Part shown: positions 46,540 to 57,130 of the stretch, in pieces | Layout of the letters: the number at the start of each line of letters is the position of its first letter | Position numbering within the stretch: position 1 is the first letter of the stretch | Assembly (NCBI GenBank): GCA_017453365.1 | Contig: JAFTKH010000006.1 | Coordinates: 6,321 to 70,320 of the forward strand | Reading direction: 5' to 3' | From: Clostridia bacterium | GTDB taxonomy: Bacteria > Bacillota > Clostridia > Oscillospirales > CAG-272 | DNA: 64,000 bases | Notes under the pieces: model-generated | The model's input: the letters and a program-made list of their open reading frames with translations, nothing else | The model's database searches: none | Told to the model about the DNA's origin: nothing | Made by a program: the position numbers and the translations under genes

Positions 46540-48063
46540 ATGCTTGATTTTTCGGACATAAACTTTTCAGACCTCGAATATTCGGATTTTGACCTACCCG
46601 GTATTAACGAGCTTATAATGCCTGAACTGAAGTCGAGAGTAAACACACTCTCCTCTATATTCGAATTTTGGTTCGGGGGGCTGCGCCTTATATACCTCTC
46701 GGATAAAAAAGCTATATTCCAAACTCCGACAAATTTAAGAAAGAACATTCTGAACAACAAGCATATTCCCTTGATACGCGAGGTTCTCGAGGAAATTACC
46801 GCCTGTCAGGTGGAGGTGGTTCTCTGTTCTCTCCCCGAGCTTCGCGCTATGGCGGCTGAGGACCCGAGAATAAACAAGCTTATATATATAGACGACGAGG
46901 CTGTTAAAGAAGAGGCACAAAAGGAGCGCCGCATTACCGACTACATAAATTCTTCTCCCGAGAAAGAGATAGAGAAGCCCGTGGAAAAGGAGAAAATCGA
47001 CAGTGACGAGGATACCGATACAAAGGACTCGCCCACGGTTAAAAAATCGACGCTCGAGGAATATACCTTCGATAATTTCGTCGAGGGCTCGTCGAACAAA
47101 TTTGCCCGAGCCGCCTGCTATGCGGTTGCAAGAGAGCCAAACTCCTACAACCCCCTTTTCATATACGGTCATTCGGGACTCGGAAAAACCCATCTGCTCT
47201 ATGCGGTCATAAACTATATGAGGAAAAATCATCCGCACCTTAAGATAGTATATAAGAGGTGCGAGACCTTCCTCGATGAGCTTATAAAGGCAATAAAAAG
47301 CGGAAGCACCGCAACGTTTAAGGAAAAATATCGCTCGGCTGACGTTCTGCTCATCGACGACGTTCAATTTCTCGCGGGAAAGGAGCAGACGCAGGAGGAG
47401 TTCTTCCATACCTTCTCTGTTCTCTACGAGAGTGACAGGCAGATAATACTCACCTCGGACAGGCCCCCGAAGGAAATAAAGCCTCTTGAGGACAGACTTC
47501 GAACCAGATTTGAGGGCGGACTCCTCGCAGACGTTCAGCCCCCGTCCTTCGAGCTGCGCCTCGCAATAATAAAGAAAAAAGCCGACACTATGGGGCTCTC
47601 TATCTCCAACGAGATAATCGAGTATATGGCGGAAAGGCTTCAGAACAATATAAGGCAAATAGAAGGAGTTCTCAAGCGTATCCACGCTATATATTCTCTC
47701 ACGAGTGCCGAGGTCACACGTGAGAAGGTTGATGAGGTTATCTCTATAATCGATCCCGGAAACATTCCCACAGACACACTGATAGAGCGTATACTTTTCG
47801 CAGTCGGCCGTTCCTTCGGCGTATCCCCGGAGGATATGAAGTCGAAGAAGCGCACGGATAACATTGCCTCGGCTCGTCATGCCGCAATATACATAATTAA
47901 GCAGCTAACGGAGCTTACGCTTAAGGAGATAGGAGCGGTCTTTGACCGAGACCACGCGACGGTCATCTCCTCAATTGAGAAAGCGGAGAAAAATATGAAG
48001 ACCGTCAACAACTATGAGGCGGAAATAGAACGCCTTATGAAGGAAATTCGCGGCGGAGCGTAA
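46540..48063 (+). CDS. dnaA: Chromosomal replication initiator protein DnaA
   Basis: AAA+ Walker A GHSGLGKTHLL, Walker B LLIDDVQFL, and domain IV ...FDRDHATVISS. 507 aa with a long acidic linker. The start could alternatively be M27 (46618). Confidence 0.95.
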   Translation: MLDFSDINFSDLEYSDFDLPGINELIMPELKSRVNTLSSIFEFWFGGLRLIYLSDKKAIFQTPTNLRKNILNNKHIPLIREVLEEITACQVEVVLCSLPELRAMAAEDPRINKLIYIDDEAVKEEAQKERRITDYINSSPEKEIEKPVEKEKIDSDEDTDTKDSPTVKKSTLEEYTFDNFVEGSSNKFARAACYAVAREPNSYNPLFIYGHSGLGKTHLLYAVINYMRKNHPHLKIVYKRCETFLDELIKAIKSGSTATFKEKYRSADVLLIDDVQFLAGKEQTQEEFFHTFSVLYESDRQIILTSDRPPKEIKPLEDRLRTRFEGGLLADVQPPSFELRLAIIKKKADTMGLSISNEIIEYMAERLQNNIRQIEGVLKRIHAIYSLTSAEVTREKVDEVISIIDPGNIPTDTLIERILFAVGRSFGVSPEDMKSKKRTDNIASARHAAIYIIKQLTELTLKEIGAVFDRDHATVISSIEKAEKNMKTVNNYEAEIERLMKEIRGGA

Positions 48064-48339
48064 AAATTTTCAACATTTTAATGTTTGAAAGTTGAAAACT
48101 CCGTGTTCGTAAGATGTTCGTAAGATGTTGAAAAACCTGTTGAAAGCTTCCAACATTTTCTCCACACCCGTGCTATCAAGAAATTGTTGAAACTTTTTGG
48201 GAGAAATTCCTCTCCCGGCCTTGAAATTTTCGGTTTTCAACATTTTCAACACTACTAATACAACAACGACAACCGATAAATACATTTATTAATTCATCTC
48301 CCTCCGGGAGAAAAAGTGACAAGGAGAGTTTGACAAGTT
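48064..48339. other. oriC: Probable oriC (dnaA-dnaN spacer): 9-mer repeat array, triplet tract and an A+T-rich stretch
   Basis: Exact TTTTCAACA at 48067, 48234 and 48243, and its complement at 48126. One-mismatch copies at 48090, 48138 and 48185. One near-canonical DnaA box, TTCTCCACA, at 48158-48166. NAN triplets at 48250-48273, then an AT-rich stretch. Confidence 0.7.
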
Positions 48340-49500
48340 ATGAAATTCACAGTTTCGAAATCAGAGCTTATGCGTGTACTTACTCCCGCTATGGGAAGCG
48401 TATCCAATAAAAATACCATAACCGCTATCGAGGGAGTGCTTATCGAAACTCTCGATGAAGGTAAGGTAAGAATATCTACCTATGATATGAATAAGGGATT
48501 CAGAGCTACCGTTACCCCGACGTCTATTGAGCGTGACGGAAGGTTTATAATAAATGCGCAAAGGCTTTATCAAACCGTGCGCGTGCTTCCTGACGAGGAT
48601 ATTACCTTTAACATCGACGACCGTCTTTCCTGTGAAATATCCGCCGGTAAGGCTTCCTTCTCTATGTTTGCTCTGCACGGCGAGGATTTTCCAAATCTCC
48701 CCGACCTAGTTACCGAGCGCGGCTTCACCGTTTCTGCGGAAATTCTCCGCAAGATGATATCGAAGGTCGTTCACTCTATAGCAGAGGCTGACACAAGACC
48801 CATGCTCTGCGGTGCCTTTATGAAGGTTACAAGCGGACTTCTCGAGGTTGTGTCCTGTGACAGCTACCGACTTTCAAAGTGCCGTATGGCCTGCGATATC
48901 GGAGCACTGTCCTCTGACGGCGAGCTCGAATATTCCTTTATTGTTCCGGGACACGCACTCGGCGAGCTTATGAAGATACTCGCTGACGGAGACGACGAGA
49001 TGTGTCAGTTCTACCTTTCGAGAAAGCATGCTATTATAAATAAAGGAAACGTTGTATTCTTCACAAGGCTTATTGACAGCGATTACATTGACTATAACAG
49101 AATTATACCTCGCGATAACGATATACACGTAACCGTAGACAGGGAGAGGCTTCTCTCTGGGCTTGAGCGTGCTAATATTATTGCCGAGGAAAAAATACAG
49201 GGAAGCGGCAGAAGCTACGTAAAGCTTTCTGTTGAAAGACATTACCTCGACCTTACCTCGACGTCGGTCAACGGTGCTGTTACCGACGAGATGGACTGTA
49301 TTCACGACGGTGCAGATATAGAAATAGGCTTCAACTGCCGATATCTTATCGATGCGGTTAAGGTGGCAGAGGGCGAGGAAATACTCATTAAGCTCAAGAG
49401 CGCAAATCAGGCTATAACAATAGAGCCGAAGGAGCGCGACGAGAAATTCGATTATTTCTATATGATACTCCCCGTGCGAATGAATGAGTCGGCAAGCTGA
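48340..49500 (+). CDS. dnaN: DNA polymerase III beta sliding clamp
   Basis: MKFTVSKSEL...; three-domain size (386 aa); position after dnaA; RBS AAGGAGAG. Confidence 0.95.
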   Translation: MKFTVSKSELMRVLTPAMGSVSNKNTITAIEGVLIETLDEGKVRISTYDMNKGFRATVTPTSIERDGRFIINAQRLYQTVRVLPDEDITFNIDDRLSCEISAGKASFSMFALHGEDFPNLPDLVTERGFTVSAEILRKMISKVVHSIAEADTRPMLCGAFMKVTSGLLEVVSCDSYRLSKCRMACDIGALSSDGELEYSFIVPGHALGELMKILADGDDEMCQFYLSRKHAIINKGNVVFFTRLIDSDYIDYNRIIPRDNDIHVTVDRERLLSGLERANIIAEEKIQGSGRSYVKLSVERHYLDLTSTSVNGAVTDEMDCIHDGADIEIGFNCRYLIDAVKVAEGEEILIKLKSANQAITIEPKERDEKFDYFYMILPVRMNESAS

Positions 49501-49506
49501 CCTCTT

Positions 49507-50613
49507 ATGAAAATAAGAAAATTTCGCGCCGAGGGCTTCCGCAACATAGATTTATGTGAGATAGATTTTTCTGACGGTACAAATCTCATAGTGGGCGGAA
49601 ACGCAGAGGGGAAGACCAACGTTATTGAGGGAATATACCTCTTTTCGCGCGGCAGGTCGTTTCGTACGGCAGATGACCGAGAGCTTATAGGCTTCGGTCA
49701 CGACGGCTTCCGTATCTCGGTAGAGTATGAGGACGAGGGAGGCACATCCACACTAGAATACGCTCTTTACGGAAAAGCGCGTAGGAGAATGAAGAATGGG
49801 TACAAGCTTTCCTCTGCTGCAGAGATGCTCGGCAACTTTCGCTCCGTGCTCTTTTTTCCCGACGACTTAAGGCTTGTTAAGGGGAATCCAGAGGAGAGGC
49901 GCTCGTTTTTGAACGTTGCTCTTTCACAAACCTCACCGCTTTACGTTTCAGACTATTCAAGATTTAAGACTGCGCTTGAAAACAGAAATGCAATTTTAAA
50001 AAATGCCGCTCGCGGACTCTATTTTGATGAAGGAGAGCTTATCGCGTGGAGCGACGTTATGGCTGAATATTCGGCGAATATATATATTGAAAGAAAAAAA
50101 TACACAGAAGAGCTCTCGCGCTTCGCAAAATCTCATCTTCTCGAGCTTTCGGGCGGGGCGGAAGAATTAGAGCTTGCTTATAAATCCGATATCGAAAGCG
50201 GAACTGCGGACAGGTCCGAGGCTGTAGCCGAATATAAAGAGGTGTACAGACGGAGTCTTGAGCGCGAGCGTGCGGCTGGGACTTCGCTCTTCGGACCGCA
50301 ACGCGATGATATCACGGTTCTTCTCTCGGGACGCGAGGCGAGGAGCTTCGCATCGCAGGGGCAGCAGAGGTCGATAGTCCTTGGTATGAAGCTCGGAGAG
50401 GGAGAGATAATTCACGAAAGGTTTGGGGAGTACCCGGTATTTCTCTTCGACGACGTTCTCTCGGAGCTCGATGACGAGCGTCGCACCTACCTTGCCGGCA
50501 AGACGGACGATATGCAGACCGTTATAACTTCCTGCGAGGGCGGAGAGAGATATCTCAAGAATATAAACGTTATAAGTGCCAAGGGAGGAACGTATGTATC
50601 TTCACATAGGTAA
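49507..50613 (+). CDS. recF: DNA replication/repair protein RecF
   Basis: FRN...Walker A GGNAEGKTN, SMC-like signature SQGQQRS, Walker B LFDDVLSELD. Confidence 0.93.
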   Translation: MKIRKFRAEGFRNIDLCEIDFSDGTNLIVGGNAEGKTNVIEGIYLFSRGRSFRTADDRELIGFGHDGFRISVEYEDEGGTSTLEYALYGKARRRMKNGYKLSSAAEMLGNFRSVLFFPDDLRLVKGNPEERRSFLNVALSQTSPLYVSDYSRFKTALENRNAILKNAARGLYFDEGELIAWSDVMAEYSANIYIERKKYTEELSRFAKSHLLELSGGAEELELAYKSDIESGTADRSEAVAEYKEVYRRSLERERAAGTSLFGPQRDDITVLLSGREARSFASQGQQRSIVLGMKLGEGEIIHERFGEYPVFLFDDVLSELDDERRTYLAGKTDDMQTVITSCEGGERYLKNINVISAKGGTYVSSHR

Positions 50614-50857
50614 CGGAAAGAGCGTTAGAAAAAAAGATATAATAGGTATATTCGACCTTGATACCGCCACGGTTTCGAAAATAACCCGAGGCTTTATCGG
50701 AAAAATGCAGAAGGACGGACGGCTGGAATATTACGATACTGACCTTCCGCGAGCCTTCGTTCTTATAGGCGGCCGCCGCGGCTCGCGCTTAAGGCTTTCC
50801 AGAATATCTCCGCAGGGACTTAAGCAAAGAGCGGACGGAGGAGCTATCGAAGAATGA
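50594..50857 (+). CDS. remB: DUF370 / RemB-like (YaaB) protein
   Basis: MYLHIGNGKSVRKKDIIGIFDLD is a typical DUF370 start. Conserved recF-yaaB-gyrB position. RBS AAGGGAGG. Confidence 0.8.
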   Translation: MYLHIGNGKSVRKKDIIGIFDLDTATVSKITRGFIGKMQKDGRLEYYDTDLPRAFVLIGGRRGSRLRLSRISPQGLKQRADGGAIEE

Positions 50858-50866
50858 TTTGTCTAA

Positions 50867-52804
<1,938 letters not shown>

Positions 52805-52834
52805 CCTGCCCCTCATCTGAAAGGAACGGTAAAA

Positions 52835-55402
52835 ATGGAACATAATTACAAAAGCTCGGATATTGAATTTCCGAGTCAGAGAATTGAATACAGGGATATG
52901 GAGCGTGAGGTCAGAACCTCGTTTATAGAGTATTCTATGAGCGTTATTACCTCGCGTGCACTTCCCGACGTAAGAGACGGACTTAAGCCCGGACAGAGAA
53001 GAATTCTCTACGCTATGTACGAGGATAATCTTACCCACGACAAGCCATTCAGAAAATCGGCAACGACGGTAGGTAACGTGCTCGGTAGATATCACCCGCA
53101 CGGTGACAGCGCGGTATATCAGTCGATGGTAAGAATGGCGCAGGATTTCTCGCTTCGTTACACTCTTGTCGAGGGCCACGGAAACTTTGGTAATGTAGAC
53201 GGTGACGGTGCTGCCGCATACCGTTATACAGAGGCGAGAATGAGTAAAATCGCGTCGAATATGATGACGGATATCGAGAAGCACGTCGTTCCTATGACGA
53301 GAAACTTCGATAACACGCGCGACGAGCCGACGGTGCTCCCTTCACGTTTTCCTAATCTTCTTGTTAACGGCTCGGTCGGTATTGCTGTCGGTATGGCGAC
53401 GAATATTCCCCCACATAACCTCACCGAGGTTATAGACGGAACAATTTACAGAATGGAAAACCCCGAATGCTCTATAGACGAGCTTATGGAGTTTATAAAG
53501 GGCCCTGATTTTCCCACTGCGGCGATAATCTATGGTTCACGCGGCATAAGAGAGGCTTATGAAACGGGACGCGGTCGTGTCTACGTAAGAGCGAGAGCTA
53601 CGATAGAGGACGAGCACAGGCGCATTATCTTCACTGAAATTCCCTATATGGTAAACAAGGCTATGCTTATCGAGAGTATAGCAAACCTCTACAAGGAAAA
53701 GAAGGTTGAGGGTATTACAGGTCTTCGCGACGAGTCGGGACGCGGCGGTATGAGAATAGTCGTAGAGTATCGGCGCGATGCAAACGCAGAGGTCATACTC
53801 AATCAGCTTTACAAGTATACGCAGCTTCAGGACACCTGCTCTGTCAATATGCTGGTTATCGACGGCGGAGAGCCCAAAACTCTTTCCCTGCCCGCAATAC
53901 TCGACAAGTACATAGAGTTCCAGAAGAGTGTTATAACTAACAGAGTTAAGTTCGACCTTGATAAGGCACTTCGAGAGATGCATATTCTCGAGGGCTATAA
54001 GACGGCGATAGACAATATCGACGAGGTTATAAGCATTATCAAGACGAGTGAATCTATCCCCAACGCAAAGGAAAGGCTTATTGGACGCTACGAGCTCTCC
54101 GACGCACAGGCACAGGCTATTGTCGAGATGACTCTCGGTAAGCTCTCCGGTCTTGAAAGGCAGAAGGTAGAGGATAGAATTATCAAGCTTACAGGACTTG
54201 TCACGGAGTACAGAGCAATACTCGCCGACGAGGGTAAGGTAATAGAGATAATCAAAAACGAGCTTATCGAAATAAAGGACAAGTATGGTGACAAAAGACG
54301 CACGGAGCTTGTTGAGGCTACAGAGGAGATAGACCTCGAGGACCTTATCGAGCGTCACACCTGCGTAATTACGGTCAGCCATACGGGATACATCAAGCGC
54401 CAGAGAGCTGACGTTTACTCCGCGCAGAACAGAGGTGGTAAGGGTATTATCGGTATGACGACGAAGGAGGATGATTTCGTCGAGGACGTTATCGTATCGA
54501 ACAGCCACTCACATCTCATGTTCTTCACGAACAAGGGACGAGTTTACGCAAAGAAGGCGTATAGGATACCGGAGGCCTCGAGAACGGCGAAGGGGACTAA
54601 CCTCGTTAATATCATCGAGCTTACCGAGGGAGAGTACGTTACGGCGATAATTCCGATAACCGAATTTGTCGAGGGCGAGTACCTCACTATGGTAACGAAG
54701 CGCGGTGTTGCGAAGAGAACTCTTCTCGAGGACTTTGCTTATCAGAGACGCGGCGGAAAGATTGCCATAAATCTTGACCCCGAGGACGAGCTTATCTTCG
54801 TTCGTCACACGAAGGGTAACGAGAGCTTGATTATCGCTACACGAGACGGTATGGCAGTAAGATTTGACGAGAACAACGTGCGTGCTATGGGCCGTGCTGC
54901 AAGAGGTGTTCGCGGTATCACTCTTTCGGGCGACGATTACGTCGTCGGTGTCGCTGTTGTTGACGATGATAAATCCCTGCTCACGGTTACAGAGGGCGGT
55001 ATGGGTAAGAGAACCTCCTTCCTTGATTTCAGAGAGATGAAGCACAGGGGCGGTAAGGGTGTTACCTGTCATAAGATAACCGAAAAGAGCGGCAAGCTTG
55101 CTTCTATTATAACGGTAAGTGAAGACGATGATATTATGCTCATCACCAATGAGGGCACTATTATCCGTATGTCGGTATCGGGCATAAACGAATATTCGAG
55201 AACTGCTGGCGGTGTTATTCTTATGAGACTGTCCGAGGGCGGATATATCAACAACGTTGCAAGGCTTGAGAAGACCGAGGATATAGAGCGCGAGAGCCAA
55301 GAGGTTGAGCGCGAGATTGAGGCTATGCCGAAGGAAGAGGTAAGCCTTACCGATAAGGATAAAGTGGCCGATGTCTCTGCCGATACGGAGAGCGAGGAAT
55401 GA
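52835..55402 (+). CDS. gyrA: DNA gyrase subunit A
   Basis: [19 protein letters not shown], an AAYRYTE-type active-site Tyr context ([11 protein letters not shown]), a beta-pinwheel C-terminal domain and an acidic tail. Confidence 0.97.
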   Translation: MEHNYKSSDIEFPSQRIEYRDMEREVRTSFIEYSMSVITSRALPDVRDGLKPGQRRILYAMYEDNLTHDKPFRKSATTVGNVLGRYHPHGDSAVYQSMVRMAQDFSLRYTLVEGHGNFGNVDGDGAAAYRYTEARMSKIASNMMTDIEKHVVPMTRNFDNTRDEPTVLPSRFPNLLVNGSVGIAVGMATNIPPHNLTEVIDGTIYRMENPECSIDELMEFIKGPDFPTAAIIYGSRGIREAYETGRGRVYVRARATIEDEHRRIIFTEIPYMVNKAMLIESIANLYKEKKVEGITGLRDESGRGGMRIVVEYRRDANAEVILNQLYKYTQLQDTCSVNMLVIDGGEPKTLSLPAILDKYIEFQKSVITNRVKFDLDKALREMHILEGYKTAIDNIDEVISIIKTSESIPNAKERLIGRYELSDAQAQAIVEMTLGKLSGLERQKVEDRIIKLTGLVTEYRAILADEGKVIEIIKNELIEIKDKYGDKRRTELVEATEEIDLEDLIERHTCVITVSHTGYIKRQRADVYSAQNRGGKGIIGMTTKEDDFVEDVIVSNSHSHLMFFTNKGRVYAKKAYRIPEASRTAKGTNLVNIIELTEGEYVTAIIPITEFVEGEYLTMVTKRGVAKRTLLEDFAYQRRGGKIAINLDPEDELIFVRHTKGNESLIIATRDGMAVRFDENNVRAMGRAARGVRGITLSGDDYVVGVAVVDDDKSLLTVTEGGMGKRTSFLDFREMKHRGGKGVTCHKITEKSGKLASIITVSEDDDIMLITNEGTIIRMSVSGINEYSRTAGGVILMRLSEGGYINNVARLEKTEDIERESQEVEREIEAMPKEEVSLTDKDKVADVSADTESEE

Positions 55403-56070
55403 GAGCATTTCGTAAAGCAATAGCTCTTTTACTTGTTCTTATAACTCTCGGAGCTTGTGTACTTATCTCTTGTGACAGGAGCTACGATGAAGAAGAGGTT
55501 CTCGCGAGCGCTAAAGAGCTTCTTTTTCAGGCCGAGATATTGAACAAGGTATATTACGGCGGCGGAATAAATTATATCTCCACGGGGTATAAAGACGGAA
55601 ATTACTACGAGGCTGACCCCATACATCTTGCTGTTTTGGGCTTTACTACGATAGATGAGCTTAAAAATATGACGCTCGACACGTTTACTCTAGGATATTC
55701 CGAGGAAATATTCTCAACAAAGCTCTCTATGATAGAGGATGAAACGGGAATACAAGAAATGACGAGATATTACCAAAAATACGACGGCAATGAGCTTTCG
55801 GAGCCTGTATGTATTATGGTATATTCAATGGCGAAAAGACAGCTTACGGGTGATATAGAATACGATTATTCCACGCTCCGCATAACGGGAGTTAAAAGAC
55901 AAACGGTGTACGTTACGGTTACGGCAACGGTGAAAAATTCCGAGGGAAAGCAGATGACGGTAGATATCGAGCTTAACCTTATCGAGGAGGACAACGGTTG
56001 GCGCATTGACAATCCCTGTTATGCAAACTACAGCGAGCTTTCTGACAAATACGGAGAGCTTGGCGGTTAA
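55399..56070 (+). CDS. Putative lipoprotein (223 aa)
   Basis: Signal peptide with lipobox ([10 protein letters not shown] / VLISC). Its ATG overlaps the gyrA stop (ATGA). Confidence 0.6.
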   Translation: MRAFRKAIALLLVLITLGACVLISCDRSYDEEEVLASAKELLFQAEILNKVYYGGGINYISTGYKDGNYYEADPIHLAVLGFTTIDELKNMTLDTFTLGYSEEIFSTKLSMIEDETGIQEMTRYYQKYDGNELSEPVCIMVYSMAKRQLTGDIEYDYSTLRITGVKRQTVYVTVTATVKNSEGKQMTVDIELNLIEEDNGWRIDNPCYANYSELSDKYGELGG

Positions 56071-56126
56071 GACTTTACGATTAGTACAAATATTAAAACA
56101 AATTTTTAAAATAAGGAGAAGGAACG

Positions 56127-56591
56127 ATGACCTTTAACGAGAAACTTGTAAAGCTGAGAAAGCTTAAGGGTATCACACAAGACGAATTTGCAAGCGCGGT
56201 TGGAGTATCAAGACAGGCTGTTTATAAGTGGGAGTGCGGACAGTCTTATCCTGAAGCTGCCAAGCTTATTGAAATCAAGGCAGTTTTTGGTATCAGCATC
56301 GACGATCTTCTTGACGATAACTATGAGGTTGTCGTTCCAGAGAAGACCAAGAAGAAGATTACCCCCGCGAAGGCGCGTGCTATAGAGAATGCTGTTGAGA
56401 ACGAGGAGAAGGCAGAGGCGGCGCTCGTTGCTGCAAAGGAAGAGTCAAAGACAGAAGAGACTACAGCTTCTCCTGCAAAGGAAGAGCCCGCAGCACCTGC
56501 AACAGCACCCGAGACATCAATTGCTCCTGACAAGGAAGCGCAGAAGACAGAGACAAAGCGCGGCTTCTTCGCAAGACTTTTTGGCAGATAA
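56127..56591 (+). CDS. XRE-type HTH protein with a low-complexity linker and a C-terminal amphipathic (MinD-like) tail
   Basis: N-terminal LRKLKGITQDEFASAVGVSRQAVYKWECGQ, an E/K/A/P/T-rich region (about residues 75-143), and a C-terminus of KRGFFARLFGR. Confidence 0.75.
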   Translation: MTFNEKLVKLRKLKGITQDEFASAVGVSRQAVYKWECGQSYPEAAKLIEIKAVFGISIDDLLDDNYEVVVPEKTKKKITPAKARAIENAVENEEKAEAALVAAKEESKTEETTASPAKEEPAAPATAPETSIAPDKEAQKTETKRGFFARLFGR

Positions 56592-56610
56592 AATCTTTTC
56601 TAAAACACAA

Positions 56611-56640
56611 TGAGAGCCCTGTCTTACACGCGGGCTCTCA
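56611..56640 (+). terminator. Terminator-like hairpin (weak U tract)
   Basis: Stem TGAGAGCCC/GGGCTCTCA with a 12-nt loop, followed by TATT. Confidence 0.45.
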
Positions 56641-56777
56641 TATTCGCTAAAACAAGTGTTTTTTCGTCCAAGTCAACAATATAATTAACTATAATTAACA
56701 GCACTGTAAAATGCAGATATGAATAACCGAAGCCTACTCTGACTATAATTCCATTAAAATGCTCTTTGGGGGTAGAG

Positions 56778-57065
56778 ATGCTTCGAGGTTGTCAGAAAAA
56801 AATAGTTTTTTTAAAAAACACAGGAAGTAAAATATTTGATGAGGCGTATTTTGTAATAAGCGCTAAGGACGAGGCTTCCGACACGTCGTCCGAAAAAATG
56901 ATAGATGAAGCGAAGAGGATAATAGCGGAGGCAACCTTTGAGGACGGGACCTCCGATGGGGGAGTGACCTTTCGCAAACGCTTTTTCAAATACGCTCTCC
57001 CCTTTCTTGCAGGGGGAGTTGTATCGGGAGTGCTGACTTCCGTCATATTTATTTTGATTGGATAG
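56778..57065 (+). CDS. Small tail-anchored hypothetical protein (95 aa)
   Basis: ATG at 56778 preceded by GGGGG. C-terminal TM helix (LPFLAGGVVSGVLTSVIFILIG). Confidence 0.5.
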   Translation: MLRGCQKKIVFLKNTGSKIFDEAYFVISAKDEASDTSSEKMIDEAKRIIAEATFEDGTSDGGVTFRKRFFKYALPFLAGGVVSGVLTSVIFILIG

Positions 57066-57130
57066 ATATTATAAACTTGAATACGAAAGGAATGAATAGA
57101 CCGAATTTCGGTTAAATTCGATATTTATAT

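Noticed and set aside
46735-47880. 381-aa minus-strand ORF
   Set aside because: Antisense to the AAA+ core of dnaA. It shows no motifs and no RBS, so I treat it as a shadow ORF.
48104-48125. The TGTTCGTAAGA x2 tandem duplication considered as a microsatellite or assembly artefact
   Set aside because: It is phased with the adjacent TGTTGAAAA box and sits inside the repeat array, so I treat it as part of the origin architecture. Read-level verification would still be sensible.
53537-55420. Two long minus-strand ORFs (323 and 303 aa)
   Set aside because: Both are antisense to gyrA. They are shadow ORFs with implausible composition.
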